A stretch of DNA of 64,000 nucleotides from Eledone cirrhosa (Eukaryota): the NCBI GenBank assembly GCA_964016885.1, contig OZ024750.1, positions 25,916,001 to 25,980,000 of the forward strand. Reading direction: 5' to 3'. The notes beneath the pieces were generated by a model. It was not told the origin of the DNA and did not search any database. It saw nothing but the letters and a program-made list of their open reading frames with translations. Shown piece by piece: positions 1-12,201 of this stretch (position 1 is its first letter; each line of letters starts with the position of its first letter). A program made the translations under genes and the position numbers.

Positions 1-358
1 TTTTATAGTGAGCAAAGGCACTGCACAAAGCCAGTCCCACTCTCTTAACCAAGATGATATTTACCAAAAAGAAGAACAAGTCAACATCATTGGATACCAT
101 CAGCGTTGCAAGTGTTATATCAGAGTTTTCCTTCTCCTAGAATTCTGCCTTGACAAAGGCTAAGGGGTCATCTCTCCCGGTGATTTTGGATGGCCATTAA
201 CTCTTAAGAGCTCCTTTGCCCTTTGACAGGTTTTGTTTTTAGTCCTGCAGGATGTCCAAAGACACCCTCCTCACCAAGAAACATTGGTGGTGTTGCCAGT
301 TTAGTCGCCAACGACCCGACCATGGGACAGGTTGCACTGGAATACATGTTACCATGTT
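1..358 (-). mobile_element. 5' UTR fragment of an RTE-type LINE
   Basis: Minus strand contains CTAGGAGAAGGAAAACTCTGA, a motif I recall from RTE 5' UTRs. The fragment starts at the edge of a TA/CA microsatellite and its first ~100 nt are strongly structured. Confidence 0.45.
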
Positions 359-545
359 ATATACACATACATACATACATACACATACATATATATACAC
401 ATACATATATATATACACATACATACATATATATATACACATACATATATATATATATACACACCTGACCCCCACATACATACATACATACATACATACA
501 TACATACATACATACATACATACATACATACATACATACATACAG

Positions 546-3500
546 TCAATGTGATCAGTCGCATATTTTGGCGTGGGAGAATTTTATTAAATTTAAAATG
601 AATACTATCTCCGACAGTAATGCCACATCTACAGTCATGTTGAATAACTGGTTATTCTTCTAACTATATCTTCTGAAGACACCTGTTATTCGAATTCGTA
701 GAGATATCCGACTAATTACATAATTCATTTTACAAGGATTTGCTACAAACAGCATGGCTGAACACAACATCAACAACAAAATTAAGGAAGTACCGAAGAC
801 AAATAACAAGGAAGGTAAACAAACTTTATTCAGTTGTAGCTACAGAAGAAACTGAAATTATAAATCGCATTTCTCTTGGAGTTGCGAACTTAATAATGAT
901 TTATTTAATTGTTATAAAATGGCAATAAACAATCCCTCCATTGGTTATATGAACAGAATGAAGCTACACTGGGACGAAATACACCCAGAGCTAAATTATT
1001 TCACAGCGAAACAATTACGCCAACAAGCGAAGTTTGTTGAACGTAAAAATAAGATAAATATTATTAATTATAAGTCCCCACAACAAACATGTTATCAACA
1101 ACACGTGCTACAGGTCACCATGCTACTAGACTTCCTAGCAGCCAGGTCGAACAGCGCCTTGAAACAACTATGCCTGTAAGAAACTTGACACCACCTGTAC
1201 CATCTAAGTCTACCTCGAATGCTGGGGAAAACACTTCGGTAATAATAATAATCGAAGAAATAATAATAATAATCGAAGAAATTTGACACCACGTGTACCA
1301 CCCGAGTCTACCTCGACTGTTATGGAAAATCGATAATGATAATAATCAAAAGTATAAACAATTGAAATGTTCTCTCAACGAAATCTTCCAGAGAGAAATT
1401 AATTCATGTATAAATATCTCTCTTGCTGAACGTATTAAAACGACAATGTTTCATAAAAAAACAAATAATGAAATATTACGTGTTATTGACGAAATAGAGG
1501 ATGAATATTTACGACGGATAAAAACGCCATATTTTGGCAAACCGACGCCTGTTTATATGCCTTAGCAATGACAGTGAAGCATTATCTTGGTGATAGTAGA
1601 GATATTAACAAGAACAGAACACCACCAAAAATACCATCATATATAACTAAAATAGAAAAAAAGATTGATGACCTACGAAAAAACATAGGATATGTGATAA
1701 TGCTCCTTACATGCAAACAAACACAAAAAACCTCACTCCTCACCAACAAAGAGTGAAAAATAAAATAGAGACGATGTTTGGTAACAGTAGAACCAGAACT
1801 CTCCAATATAAACTGATCACCATCAAACAAGAATTGAGAGCTGTTAGCGAAAAACGCCGATACCTGAAGAAGGTAGATGAGAGAAAAGTGCTTAATAAAA
1901 GATTCAGACGAAACCAAACATCAGTCTATAGAGATATGATGGGCAAAATAATAAGTCTCACTGAGGCGCCATCCCAGAAAGATATAGATTCCGTTTGGAG
2001 CAAAATGTGGGGTGAAAAGAAGAATTTCAACCAATATGCAGTGTGGCTAAGAGAAATCCGAAAGAATTATTGCTCCTACACTACAACAAAAACATACGAA
2101 ATAAGTGAGGGTACCCTTGAGATTGTAATAGGAAAACTCCAAGATAAGAAAACACCAGGAAGAGACACTATTGTCGGCTACTGGTACAAAAAACTGATAT
2201 TCTATCGGAGGTATCTTACTGACCTCTACCAACATGTTCTTAAGGGAGATACACTTATACCAGAATGGTTGACATTAGCACAAACATTACTGGTCCCCAA
2301 GAACAAAGACACCCACTTAGCAAAAAACTAACGATCCATTGCATGCCAGAACCTGATATATAAGATGTATACAGCCTGCCTGAACCTATTCCTCCAAGAT
2401 CACTGTGAAAATAATAACATCATCACAGATGAACAAGTAGCTGGAAAGAAAGGCGTTTGGGGATGTGCTGAACAACTCCTAATCAACAAAACTGCGATGT
2501 CGGAGGTGCGACAACTTAGGAGGAATATGGCTACAGTCTGGATGGACTACAGGAAAGCTTTCGATTCTGTTCCCCACTCTTGGATGATAGAGGCCCTCCA
2601 ACTTGCTAAAGTCCCAGACATTATTGTCAGAGCCATAGAGAGGATGTCTTCTTCTTGGGCTACTATCCTAAGGTTAAAGACAGAGAGGGAAGATTTTATT
2701 TTCACTGATAAAATAAAATATTGCAGGGGTATATTTCAGGGGGACAGTCTCTCTGTGATATTATTCATCTTGTCATTAAACCCCTTGTCCTTTCTGCTCA
2801 AGAAATGTGAGGGATACATCATTAGCTCACAGGAGGACAGAAATACGAACCTAACCCATAATTTCTTTGTGGACGATCTGAAACTCTATGACAAGAACAT
2901 GGATGGGATGAAGAAAAATCTTGACCTGGTTACAACGTTCTCAAAGGATATAGGAATGGAGTTTGGCCAAGATAAATGTTCATACATGACTGTAAAGCGG
3001 GGTAAAGCAACAACCCAATCTAGCAACATTGTCATCAATGGCCTAACTGTTTCACCGATATCTGATGAGGACTGCTACAGATACCTGGGGATAGATGAGA
3101 ACATATCCTATAATGGTATCTGTAATAAAGAACGCATAACCAGGGAATACTACACCCGATTAAGAAAGATCTGGTCATCGGAACTCTCTGCGCAAAACAA
3201 AACAGTGGCTCACAATGTGTTTGCTGTGCCTGTCCTAACACCAACGTTTAGAATACTCAATTGGATGATAGACGAAATCCGAGCAGTTGATGTTGGAACT
3301 CGAAAGACACTAAACAACACCGGAAACTTCCACATCAACAGTGACATAGACCGCCTTTACTTGAAACGTAAGCAGGGAGGCAGAGGCCTAACATCAATCC
3401 AGACAACATTTGAATGTCACATCATATCTCTCCGACAACATCTACGAACCTCGAAGCGTAGGAGCCCGTTTCTCGAGAAAATCTATCTACATGAAACAGA

Positions 3501-4664
3501 TAAGATCATGAGATTTGGGAAGGAACTCCTCGAGAGATATTCCCTGTGTGATAATCAAAAACTCACACCGAGGGAAGTCGCTCAGCAGTATCGCAGTGAA
3601 TCCATGGATGAAAAACTACATACTTATCAGCAAGAATTCATGCATGGATATGTTGACAGGAAGCTCCAGAGTGAGAGTAATATAGATAAGGAAAGTCGTC
3701 TATCTTGGACCAACAACCGCTATATTGGCTCCCACTTTGAAGGCTATGCTTTTGCAATCCAAGAACAGGAGATTAACACGAAATACCTGGTTCACAAAAG
3801 AGATAGGGATGCAGGCAAAACACCTAGATGTGATAACAAGTGCAGACTCGGCAGAACTAACATCGAGGATATCACCCATGTCATGAGCAACTGTCGAAAG
3901 ATGTCATAGTGGTACTATCTACCTATGAGGCATGATGTAGTGGCCAAAACACTGTACAATGCAGTTCGTAAAAAAGATAGCCCCGATAATAAACACATTA
4001 TAAGCTACAGCAATGTGGAAGACATCCATGTACATAATATGAAAGAGTACTGGTGGAATGTTCCAGTAAAAACCTCAATAAAATGCAGGCATAACAGACC
4101 AGATATTATGATATGGGACAGGGAGAAGAAAGCATGAACAGTAGTGGAAATTAGCTGCCCAGCAGATGCCAATATAATATGAAAGATAAGTGAAAAGGAG
4201 AATAATTATGCAGAACTGATGAGAAATCTGCAGATACTCCACCCTGATTACACCTTCAGATTTATGCCTGTGATTATTGGGGCACTGGGGTATGTTAGTA
4301 ACTGCCTCAATACAAATATTGAGAAGCTAGGCTTCACAGGAACAGAAAGAACACAACTAGTTAGGAAATTACAAGTACAATCCATTAATGGAACAGTAAA
4401 AATATGTAAAACATTCCAAAGATTTTGCATCTAATAACTGCATATACACTTGTACAGATGCAAAGCATATACACATGCACACATACAACTCAAAATATAC
4501 ACATCCACACATACAATAACATCCATATCTACACATACATGCATACATACATATCTACCTAGTTGATATTGTGTAAATTCCAATGAGAGAGTTTTGTGTC
4601 TATGTTAGAAACCGACTCTCTCTCTCTATTGGTAAAACTTTGTGAAATTATAAAACCAGAAGAA
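546..4664 (+). mobile_element. R4/Dong-clade non-LTR retrotransposon (RT plus restriction-like endonuclease), near full length, disabled
   Basis: ORF pieces 919-1179, 1711-2331, 2365-3909, 3925-4137, 4219-4434 give KTPGRD, WMDYRKAFDSVPH, QGDSLS, FFVDDLK, YRYLG, GGRGL, then RHDVV, RPDI, EISCP and EKENNY. In-frame stops at 2329, 3907, 4135 and 4180. Flanked by (CATA)n on both sides. Confidence 0.9.
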
Positions 4665-4944
4665 CATACATACGTACACACACATACATACACACACAGG
4701 CCGGCGTTGGTGTTTGATGAGGTTGAGAACCTAGTCAGCTTTCAGTCAGAGCTGTGGTATGTAATCTCCCTAGGTAATGAAATCTGGAAACAAAATTCTC
4801 TCCTTACCAAAAAAAAAAGCATAAATCTTGTCAACATCCTGATACACTTAAATATAAATGCATGTATATATACAAATATATAAATGCATTGCTATATACA
4901 TAGGTAAATGTATGTATGTATGTATATATATATATATATATATA

Positions 4945-5375
4945 TAATCGAAAAAATTGAAGAAAGAGAAGCAGACCGTCAAAATATATTTATAAGGAAC
5001 TCTTACACATGTTACACCCAAGTTGGGCCCAAGTTGGGCTCCTCGGAGGCTCAGAGGAAAGTAAAGGGTTTAATTAGGAACCATGAAATGGTATGAATAC
5101 GATTTTAACATCGAAATTCATATCTCGGTGTTACAAAGTTAGGTGCTTATGTTTGTGTACATTCCGGTGCTAATTTGGAATTATCTGCTAAAATTCATTT
5201 CCCCTATTATAAAATATTTATTTATTCCCCTAACTCTATTTACTACATGTTAATTTAATTATGCTTTTTCAAGCTAGTTTGAAGAGGCACAGTTAAGGTA
5301 TGAATGTGAGTGTTCAATAATATTATGGTCGGTGAAACTTATGTATGGACTAAGTTAGTATGAGGCTGCAATTAT
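4945..5375 (-). mobile_element. decayed PLE-terminus fragment, same family as 28925-29890
   Basis: ATCGAAAAAATTGAAGAAAGAGAAGCA...CTCTTACACATGTT aligns by eye with 28928-29320. Lies between (TA)n tracts. Confidence 0.55.
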
Positions 5376-5559
5376 ATATATATATATATATATTAGAATT
5401 GGTGCTCTGAAATAGCGATATATATATATGAATGTATATATAGTGTATTTTGCAATACACTGTATGCTTAATTAAAAGCATTTTGAAGACCTTACGCTAT
5501 TGTTTTAGAGTAGTGACGGTCTCATTTACTTTAAATTTTCAGCAAACAGGAAGAGATAA

Positions 5560-5604
5560 AGCTGACAGAGCTCTGTTTCGTACTATTTGGTACTTATCAA
5601 AGCT
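5560..5604 (-). ncRNA. hammerhead ribozyme, U3-A8 core variant (mirror copy)
   Basis: Reverse complement of the motif at 5975-6019. Confidence 0.75.
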
Positions 5605-5974
5605 AAGTACTCCACCTGTTTGCTGTAAATCATGAATGTTTGATTCTTATAGCAAACAGGTGGAGTACCAAATAGTACGAAACAGAGCTCTGTCAGCGTT
5701 ATCTCCCTCTGCTTGCTGAAAATTTAAAGTAAGTGAGACTGTCACTACTCTAAAACAATAGTGTAAGGTCTTCAAATTGTTTTTAATTAAGCATACAGTG
5801 TATTGCAAATTACACTATATATACATTCATATATATATCGCTATTTCAGAGCACCAATTCTAATGTTCAATTTCTGTTTGACCGGCAACCGCTCTGTATA
5901 ATCAGTTCCTCATTATTACTAGAATTCTATAAGAATCAAACATTCATGATTTTCAGCAAACAGGTGGAGTACTT

Positions 5975-6019
5975 AGCTTTGATAAGTACCAAATAGTACG
6001 AAACAGAGCTCTGTCAGCT
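5975..6019 (+). ncRNA. type I hammerhead ribozyme, U3-A8 core variant
   Basis: AGCT-TTGATAA-GTAC-CAAATA-GTAC-GAAA-CAGAGCTCTG-TC^AGCT. Helix I extends through TTTTCAGCAAACAGG pairing with CCTGTTTGCTGAAAA. Confidence 0.8.
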
Positions 6020-6145
6020 TTATCTCCCCCTGTTTGCTGAAAATTTAAAGTAAGTGAGACTGTCACTACTCTAAAACAATAGCGTAAGGTCTTCAAAATG
6101 CTTTTAATTAAGCATACAGTGTATTGCAAAATACACTATATATAC

Positions 6146-6201
<56 letters not shown>

Positions 6202-6343
6202 TATAGTATATATTATCGTTTAAAAAAAAGGAAAAGAATGACTTCACTTGTAGTGTTAAATAATTTGATTTACTTTTATAATATTATAATATTATGAGTT
6301 GGTAGATCTATATATATATTATACACACACACACACTTACACA

Positions 6344-6431
<88 letters not shown>

Positions 6432-6470
6432 GAATTCACATGAATCAAAGTTCTGTTCAAACCTTTTATT

Positions 6471-6517
6471 AGCTTACAATTGTTTCGTCCAAACCGAGGT
6501 TTGGAGTCTTCGGAACA
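6471..6517 (-). ncRNA. hammerhead-like motif with CCGAAGA core, inside inverted repeat 6431-6478/6608-6655
   Basis: Minus strand: GTT-CCGAAGA-C-TCCAAACC-TC-GGTTTGGA-C-GAAA-CAATTG-TA^AGC. Paralogues at ~34053-34099 and ~51502-51547. Confidence 0.55.
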
Positions 6518-6815
6518 ATTTTTCAATGATTATTTACATACATGACCTCCTTTCCAACACAAGAGACATACAGATACATATGTATATATCGATGCACAGT
6601 GGGGACATGTAAGCTAATAAATGGTTTGAACAGAACTTTGATTCATGTGAATTCTATATAACTGCTCTGTAGAACAACTGATGTTATTACATTGAGCTAT
6701 TTATTTTACTGGTAATAAGGTAGTAATAAATTACTGTCTTTCACTGTTTAGGGTTTAAAATATATATAACTATAAAAAGTTTTAGTATATACATAACCAT
6801 AAATAGTATCCTTAC

Positions 6816-6901
<86 letters not shown>

Positions 6902-7153
6902 TTTTTCAGTCTGGTCTACCTCTGGTGGTAAGGTCCGTACCGTAGATAGGATTCAATGTAATCTTGTAAAATACTTAGAGAAGTTCTGGTTTCGCGGAAT
7001 TTATTCTTTAGAAACAGAGTCAGATATTAGGTATTAAATTAACAATGAAAATATAAACAACAAAAAAAACAAAGTTATAAAGTAACTTGACTTATTGCTT
7101 TTTATTTTCATTGTTAACTTGATAACACACACACACAAGCACACACACCCACA

Positions 7154-7520
<367 letters not shown>

Positions 7521-7552
7521 AAGTAAAATGTGTATATATATATATATATATA

Positions 7553-7755
7553 TGACAAAGGAATTGTGGTAAGGAACCAAATGGACCATAACGCACCAAA
7601 TTACTCAATACTTAGGGTAGTAGAGTGGGAAATAGGAAAAAGTATGACGCCGAAGGCAGAGCTCAAGCCGTTTCGACAGCTATTTCGGGAAAAGTCCAGA
7701 AATAGCCGTCGAAATGGCTTGAGCTCTGCCGTCGGGGTCATACTTTTTCCTACAT
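7553..7755. repeat. small hairpin element, second copy at 63420-63585
   Basis: Near-perfect ~54-bp arms within 7633-7752. The leader GTGGT..GGAACCA.ATGGACCATAA..CACCA..TACTCAATACTTAGGGTAGTAGAGTGGG is shared with the 63420 copy. Confidence 0.75.
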
Positions 7756-7883
7756 AGATATATGCGTCTGTGTGTATGTAGAAGAGGGGTCTCAAGCTTA
7801 AGGACATAAAAGGGCCATTACGTCCTGGAGGAGCGGCACAGTGGGCCAAACTTGTTGGTTGGTGACGGTTTTCACCAGTTATA

Positions 7884-8097
7884 ATTATTTCTACTATAAG
7901 CAACAGGCATGGAATTTGGGTTTTAGGGTCCCGTCGATTACATCGATTCCAGTTCACAACTGGTACTTAATTTATCGACCCCAAAAGGATGAAAGGCAAA
8001 GTTGAGATCGGCGGAATTTGAACTCGGAACGTAAAAACGGAAGAAGTACCGCTAAGCATTTCGCCAGATGTGCTAACGATTCCACCAGCTCACCGCC
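7884..8097 (-). mobile_element. tRNA-derived SINE with 16-bp target-site duplication
   Basis: Minus strand reads GGCGGTGAGCTGGTGGAATCGTTAGC, GAGTTCAAATTCC (B box) and GCCTTTCATCCTTTTGGGGGTCGATAAA. GTTTTCACCAGTTATA lies on both sides. Confidence 0.85.
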
Positions 8098-8179
8098 TTG
8101 TTTTCACCAGTTATACCAGTTATAATGGAATATGAAACATTGGTTCTACCACGGGCCATAGAAAGGTAGTTCGCGGGCC

Positions 8180-8316
8180 GCATATTTGAGCCCCATGTTG
8201 GAGTTAGATATATATATAGACGTGTACCAAACACACACACACACACTTCTTACTCTCTCTGTATGTCCCTCTTTCTCTCTCTTTCTCTCTGTCTCTTTCT
8301 CCCCCCCCCTTTCTCT

Positions 8317-8404
<88 letters not shown>

Positions 8405-8515
8405 GTTGTTATTTGACGTTTTTGAAAAGAGCACTGGCCTCTGACCCGGCAATAAAAACTGGAGGCAAAATTCTTTCTGTACCAAAAACAGGGCGCACAG
8501 AGACACACACACACA

Positions 8516-8596
<81 letters not shown>

Positions 8597-8775
8597 GTAC
8601 AGCGTGCGTGTATGTGTGTGTGTGTATCTATCTATGGATATATATAAGGGATACAGATATTGTTTGTTCATTGTCACTAATTATCTCAATTCCTTCTTTG
8701 TGATCGAGGCACTTTATTGTAAGAAAGAAATATCTGAGAAAGAAATATCTGTATCCCTTATATATACATAGATAG
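8180..8775 (-). repeat. copy 1 of a three-copy microsatellite-containing duplicated block
   Basis: Reverse complement matches 14420-14570 plus 16700-16920, and 60660-61010 plus 63625-63780. Shared TTTTGGTACAGAAAGAATTT and AATATCTGTAT.CCTTATATAT. Confidence 0.75.
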
Positions 8776-9059
8776 ATACACACACCAGCAATCACAACCA
8801 CCACCATTAACAAGAGGAAGCCAACTCCAGCATCAGTGACAATAACAACTTTTGGGTATTTCCGCTGGGAACAACCCCTTGTTTTCTTTTCGTAAATTCA
8901 TCCATTCATTCATTTATTTATTTGCTAACTTTCTACTTTCTTGTGTGTCCCCCTCCGTGCACCCCCTTCTCTTCTATTTTCGCTTCTGTTGCCTCCATAT
9001 CTGATGTAGGTGAGCTATGAGGCCTCACTCATACCAACACTTTCCCTTCCACTTACATA

Positions 9060-11950
9060 CAGTTGTGCCTAGCACCTAGGCTGGTGACAACCAGTCACTC
9101 ACCCCTGATGCCGCTTGGTGCCCCAGTCCCCGACCCCACGCCCCATCCTCCAACCCCTCCAGTCACACCTGGAGCACCACGAACAGACGGAAGAGGGGCC
9201 GGTATTTGTCCTGGGTGCGGCTTCTACCACCACCTCACCTGTGTTGGCTTGACGCGTCGAGCTTCCAGTGCCCTCGCAGCGTGGAGATGCAGAAACCGTC
9301 TCTTTCTTCGTCTGCACAGCCACGGCCGTCTGGCATACCACCAGTAGACACAGCGAGCTTGCCTGGGTCACCAGCCTCCTTGGTCAACATCGTTCGGCTC
9401 AGGCGGCTCCCGAGACCGGCCCTGGTGTTGATAGACGATGCCCTCGCATACTCGATTGAGAGTGCACTGGCTTCAATGAAGCCAGCGACCGAGAGCGCCT
9501 ATTCCATTTTGCCTCTTCTATTTTGCCCCACTAACCATCGGCCTCCCCTGACCTGGGGCTGACTGATGCGGCTTGCCGACAGCAGCCTGTGTCTAGGCCA
9601 ATGTTTCGTACTTTGGGCAAGCACCCATTCCAAGCGTCTCGAAGGACGCCACACCACCTGCTCTCGGGTGCCTCCAATCCTTCACCAGTGAGGCCAGCGT
9701 CAAGCGTTTTCGATACTTCGTAAATACTAAACTAATCATGGGTGATGTCTCGGCCGCAGTCAGAGTGGTTGCCTCAGAGGACAGTGTCCTGCAACCCACC
9801 GTGGAGGTCCTGGCTGACCTGCTACTCAAGCTCCCTGAGCCACCTGTTGACCTAACCCCACTCGATCCCCACCTGCTCCTTGTGGCTTCCGTCTCTCATC
9901 AAGTCCTTCCCAGCTAGCAGCAGCGGAGGTGCTGAGGTCTCCGACCTGGCCACCTCAAGGAGTTGCTGTCCCCTCTCTCCGCTGAGGCCGGCGGCCGCCT
10001 TCTGTGTGCGATCGTGTCACCAATAGGCGACCTGGATCCTCGCGCCCGAGGTTTCTATTTTTCGGCTTGCTTGACCGCTCTCAGAAAGAAAGAGGGTTGC
10101 ATACGCCCCATCGCTGTGGGTAATTTCTTTCGGAGGCTGGCTGCTAAGGTGGTCTCCAGGTCCATAACATCTGAACTGGATGAGGAGCTCAGTCCGGTGC
10201 ATCTGGGTGTCGGCGTGTCCGTGGATGTGAGTGGCGCACATGCAACCAGGCAGTCTTCTACCGGAACCGGCATCCAGGGATCCCAGGCACTTCATTGCCA
10301 AGCTTGACATGAGGGACCATCTGATTGATGCCGGTCTCAGCCGAACCCTCTCCGGCTACCCGCTAGCCTACCTGTCATATGGAGCCCCGAGCATGCTCCT
10401 TGCTGCTGATACGGTTATCGTTGGCCACTGGGGGCCTACAGGGTGGCCCTTTGATCTCGCTTCTGTTTGCGCTTGGTATAAACCACATTTCCCGTTGTAT
10501 CACGGCCCCTCTCAACGTTTGGTACCTGGATGATGCTACCCTGGAAGAGCCCATGGAGACTGTATGCCACGACCTTCAATCGGCCTCCAGGTCAACTCGT
10601 GCAAATCGGAGGTGGTGACTTTCAGCCATGATGCTGAGAGCTTTGCAGCCTCCGTCTCGGACGCGCGGTCTATACTCCAACGGGTAGAGGTGACCCCCAA
10701 AGAGGATGTCCTCATCCTCGGGTCACCGATTCACCGGTCGACCATCCGCTCCACCATCAGATCCAGGCTCCAACAACTCTAGACTCTCACGAGCCGACTA
10801 TGCTTGATTGACGGCCACCCACTTCTCTTCCTGTTGAGGGTCTGCTTCGCCATGCCGAAGTTCCTCTACACCCACGCATCTCTCCTCGCTGATCTCGATA
10901 CTTGTATCCGAGCGGCAGCCGAGGAGATATGCAACGCTAGGTTTGACGCCATTGGATGGCAACAGGCCACTTTACTTGTCAGATATGGTGGCCTTGGCTT
11001 CCGGTCCCCGATCTCGCAGGCTTTGCCGGCGTTTCTTTCATCGGTAACCTCATGCTGCGCTCTCATCAGCAGGGTTCTCCAAAACACGCCTGTGAGACGT
11101 GGGACCAGCTGGGACTTAGCCCAGTAGACGTCCCTCCTCCTTCTCACCCCTGCTGTTGTCATGTCCCCCCAAAGCGTTTGGCATGCCATCCAGTGCAGCC
11201 TGGCCTCAGATAGGCTCATGCGCCAGCTCGACCAGTACAACCTTGCCTGTTTTCCCGCGGCCTCCAAAAACCCACAGTGGTGCCTGGCTCCATACCTGGC
11301 TCTCCTTTCACCAAGGCACGCATTTGGATAACGATAACCTCCGAATCTGCGTTTGCTTAAGCTTGGCCTCCGGATCTGCGAGCCACAAAAATGTCGCTGT
11401 GGATCCATCATGGACTCTTTCGGCCTACACCCGCTTTCCTGTCACTACAGTGCCTGCCGCCTTCCATGCCATGCTGCCCTCAACGAACTCATAAAAACTG
11501 GTTTGTACGCTGCAGGTTTCCCTTCCTAACTCGAGCCGGTGGGGCTGGACCGAGGGGACGACAAAAGGCCAGACGGTATGACCATCTTTCCGTTCCGCGG
11601 AGGCAAAACCCTCGTCTGGGCTGCCAGGTACTGCTGCCCGTCGCTCTGAGGAGGTCAAACTCACCAAGTACCAGTCGCCCCCCGACAAAGAAAACTTCTG
11701 GTGTCCTTGGCCCTAGGGCTACCTCTCTATTCACCACCATAGCCGGTGTGTGCCTCTCTTCCAGCACATCTCCGTCACCATCCTTCGGGGAAACGTCTTC
11801 TCCATTCTGTCCGCCGGGGCTGTGGGGGGCCAGCACTTGGGACCCCATTTGCTCACCATACGGATTAAGACATATAACCTCTCTTTTTCTTTTATTTACT
11901 CTTTAACGATTAAAAGGTTAGTCTTACATAATTCTGAAGTAAAAAAAAAA
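9060..11950 (+). mobile_element. decayed CRE-clade non-LTR retrotransposon (PHD-like finger, RT, restriction-like endonuclease)
   Basis: Frameshifted fragments: CPGCGFYHHLTCVG..WRC, IRPIAVGNFFRRLAAK, QGGPL, WYLDDATL, RYGGLG, SGAWLH and KRPDGMTIFPFRGGKTLVW. Ends near an A tract at 11941-11950. Confidence 0.8.
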
Positions 11951-12137
11951 CGCAAGCAAATTATATAGTGAAATAGAACATGAGTAATCGACTGATGTTT
12001 AGCACAAAGAATGCACACGTCGTCTCGAGACACTGAACGCTAACGATAATTCCGTTAGCATCGTCGTGAAGAACGCCACTCAGACAAAATTTTAAGAGTT
12101 TTCCTCACTTTCAATTTATAATTTAACCCGGCTTGCA

Positions 12138-12201
12138 ATGTCCTCCCTTTCTATTGCTGGATTTATTATATTATTAACATGGCAGACCACTTTAGCAGAT
12201 G
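12138..12201 (+). CDS. first coding exon (signal peptide) of the EGF-repeat protein gene
   Basis: Encodes MSSLSIAGFIILLTWQTTLAD plus one G, followed by a GTAAGA donor. Phase 1 matches the downstream EGF exons (G|AA TGC = E-C). Confidence 0.65.

Larger units (their letters stand above)
5393..6150. mobile_element. fold-back plus tandem hammerhead element, ~320-nt monomer, retrozyme-like
   Basis: 5393-5650 is the reverse complement of the unit that is repeated directly from 5651 and from 5955. Bounded by (TA)n. Confidence 0.85.

Noticed and set aside
258-358. HDV-like ribozyme fold on the minus strand
   Set aside because: CCAGU/ACUGG and CUAA fit P2 and J4/2, but P1, P3 and L3 cannot be formed with correct lengths. 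Kept only as a weak twister-like candidate.
7884-8097. tRNA-like A/B boxes here and at 51058 and 63876 as tRNA genes
   Set aside because: No complete cloverleaf. They continue into a SINE body and two have visible target-site duplications.
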